DNA of 64,000 nt from Elusimicrobiota bacterium (GTDB lineage Bacteria > Elusimicrobiota > Elusimicrobia > UBA1565 > UBA9628), in the NCBI GenBank assembly GCA_027451985.1, contig DAIDHS010000010.1:196-64195 (forward strand), read 5' to 3'. Made by a program: the position numbers and the translations under genes. Below the pieces are notes generated by a model, which ran no database searches, had not been told where the DNA came from, and saw only the letters and a program-made list of their open reading frames with translations. Positions 28,185 through 36,364 of the stretch are shown here, piece by piece. Numbering within the stretch: the first letter of the stretch is position 1; each line of letters begins with the position of its first letter.

Positions 28185-28325
28185 GTGTGGGAATTCCATC
28201 ATTTTAAGTCTTCTGATATATGGAAAGTACTATTGGGTGTGTTAGTGGGCTTACTGATTGCCAGCGTCGCTTTTGGAATTTCCTATGGCGGCAGATGGGG
28301 CTGGCCTATGTTTTTGCGGCCGTGA
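28185..28325 (+). CDS. Putative 46-aa single-TM small protein
   Basis: GTG start after AGGGG; reads WEFHHFKSSDIWKVLLGVLVGLLIASVAFGISYGGRWGWPMFLRP*. Confidence 0.3.
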   Translation: MWEFHHFKSSDIWKVLLGVLVGLLIASVAFGISYGGRWGWPMFLRP

Positions 28326-28360
28326 CTGGAATTTGGGGCGTGGTGTAAGACTCTAGGAGG

Positions 28361-28561
28361 ATGAATATGTTCAAAGCAAACGTGGGTTCGTGGGATCGGT
28401 GGATTAGGATCGTCGGCGGCGCGCTCATCGTCTCCTTAGCTTTTTGGGGACCTAAAAGCGTATGGGCGTGGCTGGGCCTCGTGCCTTTGGCCACGGGAGT
28501 CGTCCGCTATTGCCCGGCCTACGACATCTGCGGCTTGTCGACCGCGAAAAAAGGGTCCTAA
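28361..28561 (+). CDS. DUF2892 (YgaP-like) membrane protein
   Basis: NVGSWDR.IR...GLVPLATG...YCPAY..CGLST; AGGAGG RBS. Confidence 0.85.
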   Translation: MNMFKANVGSWDRWIRIVGGALIVSLAFWGPKSVWAWLGLVPLATGVVRYCPAYDICGLSTAKKGS

Positions 28562-28588
28562 AGAGTGGCTGTCTCTTGGGAGTCCGCG

Positions 28589-29446
28589 ATGAGCTTGGAG
28601 GAGGGGTTTTCGCCACCTAAAAAAATTCTCGTGGCTGCGGATTTTAGCGCCGCGTCGGCCGCGGCCGCACGCTACGCCCGCCTTTGGGCGGACCTTTTCG
28701 GCGCGTCCCTGGCGTTGGTCCATGCGCAGCACTTCGAGTTTCCGCCCTATTTCACCCAGGTGCAGATGAAGTCCATCCTGCGCGAGACCGCCCGCGCCCA
28801 GCGCCGCGCCGAAAATCACGCCGCCGCCTGGATGCGCCGCTCGGGAGGCGGCCAAGCCAAAGTCCTCATCAGAGAGAAGCCTCCGGTCGAGGCCGTTTTG
28901 CGCGCGGCGCGGGATGAAAAGGTGGATTTGACCTTCATGGGAACCCACGGCCGCACCGGCGCGGGACGCTTGTGGATGGGCTCGGTGGCCGAGGGCGTGG
29001 TGCGCGCCGCCGCGGGACCCGTCATGATCGTGCGGCCGCAGGCGTCGGTTAAGCCACCGCGCCTGGTCTTGTGCGCCATCGGCGAGGACGGCGCGGGCCT
29101 GCGCGCCCTGGCCTACGCCGCGGGTTTGGCGCGCGCGGCCGGGGCTAAGCTTTTGTCTGCGCGATTGGGAAAGCCCGCGCGCGGCGGGAAAGCCGCGGGG
29201 CTGCAGTCCTTTCCCGAGCGCATCGAGAGCATCCCGGTCAAGGGCGATCCGGCGCGGGGCGTTTTGAAGCTGTGGGAGGAGCGCCAGGCCGACTTGATCG
29301 TCATGGAAACCGAGCGCCGCCCATCTTTCTTGAGGTCGGTCTTCGGCACCGCGGCCGAGAAGGTCATGCACGGCGCGCCGGTCCCTTTTTTGGCCGTTCC
29401 GGAGTTTCTGCCGGAGCGCGCAAAGGAAAGCCGAAGCGATGGCTGA
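28589..29446 (+). CDS. Tandem-domain universal stress protein
   Basis: KILVAADFS, MGTHGRTG...GSVAEGVVR, second DLIVM...FGTAAEKV. Confidence 0.88.
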   Translation: MSLEEGFSPPKKILVAADFSAASAAAARYARLWADLFGASLALVHAQHFEFPPYFTQVQMKSILRETARAQRRAENHAAAWMRRSGGGQAKVLIREKPPVEAVLRAARDEKVDLTFMGTHGRTGAGRLWMGSVAEGVVRAAAGPVMIVRPQASVKPPRLVLCAIGEDGAGLRALAYAAGLARAAGAKLLSARLGKPARGGKAAGLQSFPERIESIPVKGDPARGVLKLWEERQADLIVMETERRPSFLRSVFGTAAEKVMHGAPVPFLAVPEFLPERAKESRSDG

Positions 29447-29870
29447 ACTGCCCTACCGCTACGAGACGTGCCTCAAGTGGAAGGACGAGGCCCAAGCCGG
29501 GCTTTCGGCCCAAGGCAAGCCCGATCTCTTGGTGGGGCCGCCGCCCGAATTCGGGGGGCAGGACTCCTGGTGGAGCCCGGAGCACCTCTTCGTCGCCGCG
29601 GTAGAGGCCTGCCTCATGACCACCTTCTTCGCCGTGGCGCGCAAGTCCAAGCTCGCCGTGCTGGGCTATGAAAGCCGCGCCGAAGGCACACTCGACAAGA
29701 CGGCCGAGGGCTTGCTCTTTACCGCGGTCACGCTGCGGCCGGTCGTGAAGGTCGCGGCGCAGGACGCGGAGCGGGCCGGGCGCCTCATCGAACTCGCCAA
29801 GAAGCACTGTCTGGTGTCCGCGAGCTTGAAGACCCCGGTCGCGGTGGAAGCTTCCGTTTTGGGCGCTTGA
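29439..29870 (+). CDS. OsmC-family protein
   Basis: PPEFGG..WSPEHL, AVEACLMTTF, KHCLVSASL (two Cys). Confidence 0.88.
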   Translation: MAELPYRYETCLKWKDEAQAGLSAQGKPDLLVGPPPEFGGQDSWWSPEHLFVAAVEACLMTTFFAVARKSKLAVLGYESRAEGTLDKTAEGLLFTAVTLRPVVKVAAQDAERAGRLIELAKKHCLVSASLKTPVAVEASVLGA

Positions 29871-29872
29871 GC

Positions 29873-31261
29873 ATGAAAAGAGAAAAAAGAAGCGCCGCGC
29901 GGATTCTGACGGCGTCGGCCTTGGCCTTGGCGGCGCTTTTCTTCATCCGCTCCGCGACGGCCCAATCGTTCACGCCTTCGGAAGCCGTCGCCGCGGCTTT
30001 GGCGCACGACCCGGGGTTGCGCGCCGCGCGGGCGGACGTGCGCTCGGCCGACGCCGCGGTCGGCGCGGCTCTGACCCGTAGCCTGCCCCGGCTCTCCGCG
30101 GACGCCTCCGCGGTGCGGAGCGACAACCCGGTCTACGCCTTCGGTTCGCTTTTGGAGCAGGGGCGCTTTAGCGCGCAGGATTTCGCCGTCTCCAAGCTCA
30201 ACCAGCCGGGCTACCTCACCAACATCAACGGCTCGCTCAACCTCGATTTGCCCGTGTTCACGGGCTTTGACTTGGAGCACGGGCGGCAATTGGCCGGCCT
30301 GGGCCTGGCCGGGAGCGAGATGGCCGAACAGGGGCAGATGGAGGAAGTCCGCTACCAAGCGCTGGCGACCTGCCTGCGCGTGTTTTTGGACCAAGCTTTT
30401 ATTGGAACGCTGGACGAGCGCATCGCCTCGTCCGAAAAGGAAGTCGCGGACGCGCAGAAGCTCGAGGAAAAAGGCCTCATCCTGGGCTCGGACTACTACG
30501 CCGCGCAGGCCATTTTGGGCCAGATGCGCGCCCGCTTGGTGGGCGCGCAGGGCGACTTGTCCGCGGCGCGCGCGAGCCTTGCCGTCTTGATCGGCGCGGA
30601 CGCCAAGGCCCTGTCTCTCTCGGGCGGCTTGGGCCATGCCGGCTACGCGCCGGCTTCAGAACAGGACCTGGTGCAAGACGCCTTGTCCGTCCGGCCGATG
30701 ATTCGGGAAGCCGCGCTTGCGGCGCAGGCGGCCGAGATCAAGCGCCGCGGCGCGCAGGACAGCCTTTTGCCGCGCCTAGACGCCTTCGCGTCCCTGCAGA
30801 CCAACACCCCCGACTTTTCCAGCAGCCCGTCCAACCGCATGATCGGCGTCGAGGCGAGCCTGCCCTTCGGCGATCCGACCTACTTTTTCCGGCAAAACCA
30901 GGCCCGGGCCGAGGTGGAGTCGAGCCGCGCGCGGCAGGCGGCGGCCGAGGAAGCCGTGCGCGTCGAGGTGTCCCAGGCCTACGAGGCCTATCAAACCGCG
31001 TCGCAGAGCCTGCCGGTGCTAAGCAAGGCCGTGGCGCAGGCGCAAAAATCCTTGGAGCTCTTTAGGCCGCTCTATCACGAGGGCCGGCAGAGCATCATGG
31101 AGGTGCTGCGCGCGGAAAACGCCGCGGCCCAGGCGCAGGAGGGCTACGCGCAGGCGCTCTACGGCGCGCAGATGAGCTACGCGCGGCTCCTGCTCTCCGC
31201 GGGCAAGCTCAGCGGCTCGTCCGTCAACGCGATGAGCGCCGACCTGGAGGCCAAACCGTGA
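29873..31261 (+). CDS. TolC-family outer membrane efflux protein
   Basis: Signal peptide and two OEP repeats (LPRL...LPVFTG; LLPRLD...Y.EG....EVL.AE). Confidence 0.88.
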   Translation: MKREKRSAARILTASALALAALFFIRSATAQSFTPSEAVAAALAHDPGLRAARADVRSADAAVGAALTRSLPRLSADASAVRSDNPVYAFGSLLEQGRFSAQDFAVSKLNQPGYLTNINGSLNLDLPVFTGFDLEHGRQLAGLGLAGSEMAEQGQMEEVRYQALATCLRVFLDQAFIGTLDERIASSEKEVADAQKLEEKGLILGSDYYAAQAILGQMRARLVGAQGDLSAARASLAVLIGADAKALSLSGGLGHAGYAPASEQDLVQDALSVRPMIREAALAAQAAEIKRRGAQDSLLPRLDAFASLQTNTPDFSSSPSNRMIGVEASLPFGDPTYFFRQNQARAEVESSRARQAAAEEAVRVEVSQAYEAYQTASQSLPVLSKAVAQAQKSLELFRPLYHEGRQSIMEVLRAENAAAQAQEGYAQALYGAQMSYARLLLSAGKLSGSSVNAMSADLEAKP

Positions 31262-34200
31262 AGGATTCCGAGCGCTCCTTGGGCGTGGCTGGGCACTTGG
31301 CCCGGGGCTTCATCCATTCCAAAATCACCTTGCTTTTGGCCCTGGCCGCGATTCTGGCCGGAGTTTTCGCGATTTTAAAGCTCCCGCGCGAGGAAGACCC
31401 GCAGATCAACGTCCCCATGTTCGACGTGATGGTGCCTTTCCCGGGGGCGAGCGCACTGGAGACCGAGAAGCGCATCGTGGACGTGGGCGAGCGGAAGCTC
31501 TGGGAGATTCCCGGCGTCAAGTACATCTACTCGACCGCCAACCCCGGCTCGGCGCTCTTCATCGTGCGCTTCAAGGTGGGCACCGATCCGGAGCAGGCCA
31601 TGACCCGGGTCTACTCCAAGGTCTTCGCCAACCTGGACCTTCTGCCGCCGGGCGCGGGCCGGCCCTTGATTAAGCCGCGCTCCATCAACGACGTGCCCAT
31701 TTTGACCTTGACCTTGTGGGGCCAAGGCATGGACGGCCTGGCCCTGCGCCAAGACGCCGCGGACCTGCGCCAAGAAATTGCCGCGGTCGACGACGTCTCG
31801 GACGTGGGCATCATCGGCGGGCGGCGCCGGGAGTTCCTGGTCCATTTTAATCCGGCGGCGCTGGCGCGGCACCGCCTGACGCCGCTCGAGGTCCTGGGCA
31901 TCATCCAAGCCTCCAACGCGCGCCTGCCCGCGGGGCGCTACAACCAGGGCGGCAAGGCGACGCTGGTCGAGACCGACTCCTTCATCCGCACCGCGCAAGA
32001 GCTGGGAGACGTGGTGCTGGGCGTTTCGGGCGGGCGCGCGATTGAACTCAAGGACGTCGCCAAAGTGACGGACGGGCCGGACCAGGAAGAGCGCGACGTG
32101 CGCACCTGGGGGGCCGCGGGCAAGCTTCAAGATGTTCCCGCCGTCACTTTGGCCGTGTCCAAACGCCGGGGTTCGAACGCCACCGATGTGGCGCAAGCCG
32201 TCTTAAAGCGCGTCGCAGCCCTGCGCCCGACGCTCGACCCGGCCTTGAAGATTTCCATCACGCGCGACTACGGCAAGACAGCCAAGGATAAGTCGAACGA
32301 GCTGCTCTTCCACATGCTGCTGGCGACCATTTCAGTCGCCATCTTCATCGCGCTGGCTTTGGGCCTGCGCGAGGCCGCCGTGGTCCTGGTCGCCATCCCC
32401 GTCACCCTGTCCTTGACGCTCCTGGCCTATTTTCTCCTGGGCTACACGCTCAACCGCATCACGCTCTTCGCGCTCATCTTCTCTATCGGCATTTTGGTCG
32501 ACGACGCCATCGTGGTGGTGGAGAACATCCACCGGCACTATTCCATGAAGGACGGCCGCTCGATTTGGGTCCTGGCCGTGGAGGCCGTGGCCGAGGTGGG
32601 CAACCCCACCTTCCTGGCGACCTGGACGGTGGTCGCGGCGATTCTGCCCATGGCCTTCGTGGGCGGCTTGATGGGCCCCTACATGCGGCCCATTCCCGTG
32701 GGCGCGTCCTTCGCGATGCTTTTCTCCGTAGCCGTGGCCTTTATCGTTTCGCCTTGGGCCTTCGCGCGCATCATCGAGGCCTGGCCGCCCAAGGAGCATG
32801 AAAAGTCCGCCGGCGAGGGACGCTTGGACCGGCTCTACCGGAGCTTCATGCGTCCCCTGCTGGAGAACAAGCGCGCGCGCTGGTGGTATTTCGCCTCGAT
32901 GCTGGCGCTTCTGGGCGCGGCTGCGGCGCTCATTCCTCTGAAGATGGTCGCGGTCAAGATGCTGCCCTTCGACAACAAGGACAGCTTCGACGTGGTGCTG
33001 GACATGCCCGAGTGGAGCTCTTTGGCGCGCACTAACCAAGCGGCCGGGGACATGGCCCAGGCCTTGAAGGCCATCCCCGAGGTGCGGCGCGTGACCGCCT
33101 ACGTGGGCACGGCCGCGCCGTTTAACTTCAACGGCCTGGTGCGGCACTACTTCCTGCGCCACATGCCCTACCAAGCCGAGCTGACGGTCAATTTGACCGA
33201 TCACCGCGAGCGCTCGCGGCAGAGCCACGCCATCGCGACCCAGGCGCGCGAGATTTTAAAGCCCGTCGCGGAGAAATACGGCGCGCGCTTCCAGGTAGCC
33301 GAGGTGCCGCCCGGCCCGCCGGTGCTCTCCACCTTGGTCCTGGAAATTTACAGCTCCGACTTGAAGACCCAGGCCAAGCTCGCGCGCCGCATCGAGGCGC
33401 TGCTGCAAAAGTCCGAGGGCATAACGGATGTGGACACCTACGTGCCCGACCCCGAGCCCTTGGACCGCCTGGACGTCGACCGCCGCAAGGCGACCTTGAA
33501 CGCCATTCCCGCCGCGCGCATCGCCCAGACCGTGAGCCTGGCCTTAAATGGCGAGACGGCGGGCCTGGCGCACGTGGCCGAGCAAAAAGAGCCCGTGGAC
33601 ATCATACTGCGCCTGCCCAAGGCCGACCGGCATGGCTTGGCCGCGGTGAAAAGTATCGAGATGCCCTCGGCCAACGGCACCATGGTGCCTATCGGCGCCT
33701 TGACCCGCGTGGAGCCGCGGCTGGCCGACCCGCCTATCTACCACAAGAACTTGATGCGCGTGGCCTACGTCATCGCGGACGTATCGGGGCGTCTGGAAAG
33801 CCCGGTCTACGCGATTCTGGCCTTGCGGGGGAAAATCCAGGCGCTGGCCAAGTCCATGGGCGTGAACCTTGTGCAGTACTACGCGCACCTGCCGCCCGAT
33901 TCCCTGCAGACGGCGCTCAAGTGGGACGGCGAGTGGCAGATCACCTACGAGGTCTTCCGCGATCTGGGCGCGGCCTTTCTTTTGGCGCTCGTGCTGATTT
34001 ACGTGCTGGTGGTCTACTGGTTTGAGTCATTCAGCGTGCCCCTGGTCATCATGGCGCCCATTCCGCTCACCTTGGTCGGCATTTTGCCCGCGCACTGGCT
34101 CATGGGCGCGTTTTTCACCGCGACCTCCATGATCGGCTTCATCGCGGGCGCGGGCATCGTGGTGCGCAACTCCATCATCCTGGTCGACTTCATCCAGCTG

Positions 34201-34443
34201 CGCCTGCGCGAGGGCATGCCATTGGAGGAAGCCGTCATCGACGCGGGCGTGGTGCGCTTTCGGCCCATTTTGCTGACCGCCGCGGCCGTGGTGGTGGGCG
34301 CCTCGGTCATCCTGTTCGACCCCATCTTCCAGGGCCTGGCCTTGTCCCTGATGGCGGGCGAGCTGGCCTCGACGGCCTTGTCGCCCGTGCTGGTGCCCGT
34401 GCTGTACTACCTGCTAGCCAAAGGAGGCCGCCATGAACCTTGA
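31258..34443 (+). CDS. RND efflux permease (AcrB/AcrD/AcrF family)
   Basis: 1061 aa; PREEDPQI, GILVDDAIVVVENI, EVPPGPPVLST, GIVVRNSIILVDF, RFRPILLT. Confidence 0.95.
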   Translation: MKDSERSLGVAGHLARGFIHSKITLLLALAAILAGVFAILKLPREEDPQINVPMFDVMVPFPGASALETEKRIVDVGERKLWEIPGVKYIYSTANPGSALFIVRFKVGTDPEQAMTRVYSKVFANLDLLPPGAGRPLIKPRSINDVPILTLTLWGQGMDGLALRQDAADLRQEIAAVDDVSDVGIIGGRRREFLVHFNPAALARHRLTPLEVLGIIQASNARLPAGRYNQGGKATLVETDSFIRTAQELGDVVLGVSGGRAIELKDVAKVTDGPDQEERDVRTWGAAGKLQDVPAVTLAVSKRRGSNATDVAQAVLKRVAALRPTLDPALKISITRDYGKTAKDKSNELLFHMLLATISVAIFIALALGLREAAVVLVAIPVTLSLTLLAYFLLGYTLNRITLFALIFSIGILVDDAIVVVENIHRHYSMKDGRSIWVLAVEAVAEVGNPTFLATWTVVAAILPMAFVGGLMGPYMRPIPVGASFAMLFSVAVAFIVSPWAFARIIEAWPPKEHEKSAGEGRLDRLYRSFMRPLLENKRARWWYFASMLALLGAAAALIPLKMVAVKMLPFDNKDSFDVVLDMPEWSSLARTNQAAGDMAQALKAIPEVRRVTAYVGTAAPFNFNGLVRHYFLRHMPYQAELTVNLTDHRERSRQSHAIATQAREILKPVAEKYGARFQVAEVPPGPPVLSTLVLEIYSSDLKTQAKLARRIEALLQKSEGITDVDTYVPDPEPLDRLDVDRRKATLNAIPAARIAQTVSLALNGETAGLAHVAEQKEPVDIILRLPKADRHGLAAVKSIEMPSANGTMVPIGALTRVEPRLADPPIYHKNLMRVAYVIADVSGRLESPVYAILALRGKIQALAKSMGVNLVQYYAHLPPDSLQTALKWDGEWQITYEVFRDLGAAFLLALVLIYVLVVYWFESFSVPLVIMAPIPLTLVGILPAHWLMGAFFTATSMIGFIAGAGIVVRNSIILVDFIQLRLREGMPLEEAVIDAGVVRFRPILLTAAAVVVGASVILFDPIFQGLALSLMAGELASTALSPVLVPVLYYLLAKGGRHEP

Positions 34444-34633
34444 GCGCCGCATTCGCCTCATCGCCGGAAGCTTCATCCTGATTAGCTTGGCCTTGGCCTA
34501 CTGGATCAGCTGGCAGTTTCTGTGGTTTACTGCCTTCGTGGGCGCCAACCTGGTGCAGTCGTCCTTCACGCGCTGGTGCCTGATGGAGGACATATTAAGG
34601 AAGTTGGGATGGGACGGGAAAAACAGCCCGTAG
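34433..34633 (+). CDS. DUF2892 (YgaP-like) membrane protein
   Basis: ERRIRLIAG...FVGANLVQSSFTRWC motif. Confidence 0.85.
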   Translation: MNLERRIRLIAGSFILISLALAYWISWQFLWFTAFVGANLVQSSFTRWCLMEDILRKLGWDGKNSP

Positions 34634-35226
34634 AGGGCTCGCGGGCGGGGGCCAGGCAGCCGGAGCGCTTTAATCCCGCCAAGGCCGTGGCCCTAGACGA
34701 CGAGTCGCGCTTTGCCTACCTGCCGCCGAAAGACGCGCTTGAATTGCTCTCGCCCGGGCAAGGCGCGCTCGTGGTGGACTTCGGCACGGGCACCGGCGCC
34801 TACGCCCTGGCCTTGGGCCGTCTGCGGTCGGATCTTAAAATCGCGGCCTTGGACGAGCAGAAGGAAATGCTCGAAAAGCTCAAGGACAAGCTCAAGCGCC
34901 GGCCGCAACCAAACGTCGTCCCGGTTTTGTCGGGTACTGTGGAGGCGCGCGGCCTGGCCGGCCAAGCCGCGGGCGTCTTGGCCTTGAACGTCCTGCACGA
35001 GTTGGGCGACGAGGCCCTGCGGTCCCTCATGTCCCTGCTCGCTCCGGGCGGCCGCGCGGTGTTCATCGATTGGAACGCGGCGGTGGAGCGCCCGGTCGGC
35101 CCGCCCAAGGACCACGTCTACGCTCCGGATGAAGCCCGCCGGCGCTTGCGGAATTTCGGCTTCAGGCTTTTGCGCCGCCGTCTCTTCGCCTATCATTACG
35201 CTTTCGTGTGCGCTGGGCCGCGATAA
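34609..35226 (+). CDS. Class I SAM-dependent methyltransferase
   Basis: VVDFGTGTG, NVLHEL, LAPGGR..FIDW...GPP. Confidence 0.85.
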   Translation: MGREKQPVEGSRAGARQPERFNPAKAVALDDESRFAYLPPKDALELLSPGQGALVVDFGTGTGAYALALGRLRSDLKIAALDEQKEMLEKLKDKLKRRPQPNVVPVLSGTVEARGLAGQAAGVLALNVLHELGDEALRSLMSLLAPGGRAVFIDWNAAVERPVGPPKDHVYAPDEARRRLRNFGFRLLRRRLFAYHYAFVCAGPR

Positions 35227-35290
35227 TAGCCCTTCGTCCAGATCTCCTAAAACTCGTATAATAAGCGCCTATTCCGCGTGGGAGATGGCG

Positions 35291-36298
35291 ATGAAAAAGG
35301 CGTGCGGGACGACTCTTCCCTTCATAATGCTGCTCTTGCTCTGCGCCCAGGCGGCCCTGGCCGCGCCCTATGGCATGTTCCGGGTCGTCCATGGCGGCCT
35401 CCAGCCGGAGTTCCCGCCTCTTAATTTCGCGGCCGCGAGACCTCGTCTTGTGCGTTATTACGGCGGGCCGGTGATTTCCCAGGCCACGGTCTACGTGATC
35501 TTTTGGGGACAAAACGTCGACGCCCAAACCCGCGCCAAAATTGGTCCGTTCTACGCCAACATCCTCAACAGCGGCTACCTGGACTGGCTTTCGGAATACG
35601 ACACGAACGTCCCGGCGGTCGGCGGCCGGGCGGGCACCGGACAAATTATCAGCCGCGGGCGCTACGCCGGCGCGACGACGATTATCCCGGAGAACAAATC
35701 AAAAAGCCTCAGCGACGCGGCGATTGAGCGGGAACTCTCCGCGCAAATCGCGGACGGGCGCCTGCCGCCCGCGAATGCGGACGCTCTTTACATGATCTAT
35801 TTCCCGTCCGGCATCAGCGTTTCTCTGCCGGACGGCAGCCTGTCCTGCCAGGATTTCGAGGGCTATCATGAAGGGTTCGCCGCCAAGAGCGGAGTGCCCG
35901 TCTATTACGGCGTGTTTCCCGACTGCGCCACCGGCTTCGAGGACTTGAGCGTCACGTCCTCTCATGAAACTTTGGAAGCCATCACCGATCCGTTCCCGAC
36001 CAACGGCACTCACCCGGCGTACCCGCAGGCCTGGAATTCTGAAACTGGGGACGAAATTTCGGATCTCTGCGACGGAGTAGACACCTCCTATGTGACCGGC
36101 CCGGGGGGCTTGGTCAGCGAGGTGGAGCCGGGATGGAGCGACTTGGCCAATGCCTGCAACATGGGCCCCTGGACCACGGCGGGCTCGGCCGTTTTGCGTT
36201 CGTCTCTGGCGGCTTCGACGCGCCGGTCCGAATTGGGGCCCATCAGCGCTTTCCTTGCGCGGATAAAGCCCGCGTCAATTCTTTGGGACGGGCGCTAG
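35291..36298 (+). CDS. Secreted protein of unknown function (Phi-1/EXORDIUM-like motifs)
   Basis: Signal peptide; YYGGPVI..VYVIFWG, GYH, SHETLEAITDP, EISDLC; TATAAT at 35257. Confidence 0.6.
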   Translation: MKKACGTTLPFIMLLLLCAQAALAAPYGMFRVVHGGLQPEFPPLNFAAARPRLVRYYGGPVISQATVYVIFWGQNVDAQTRAKIGPFYANILNSGYLDWLSEYDTNVPAVGGRAGTGQIISRGRYAGATTIIPENKSKSLSDAAIERELSAQIADGRLPPANADALYMIYFPSGISVSLPDGSLSCQDFEGYHEGFAAKSGVPVYYGVFPDCATGFEDLSVTSSHETLEAITDPFPTNGTHPAYPQAWNSETGDEISDLCDGVDTSYVTGPGGLVSEVEPGWSDLANACNMGPWTTAGSAVLRSSLAASTRRSELGPISAFLARIKPASILWDGR

Positions 36299-36364
36299 CC
36301 TGGACGTGGCTCTTCTGATTTTCTCCGACTTCGCTTGCAATTCCATGCGTGAGGATCGCCGCCC

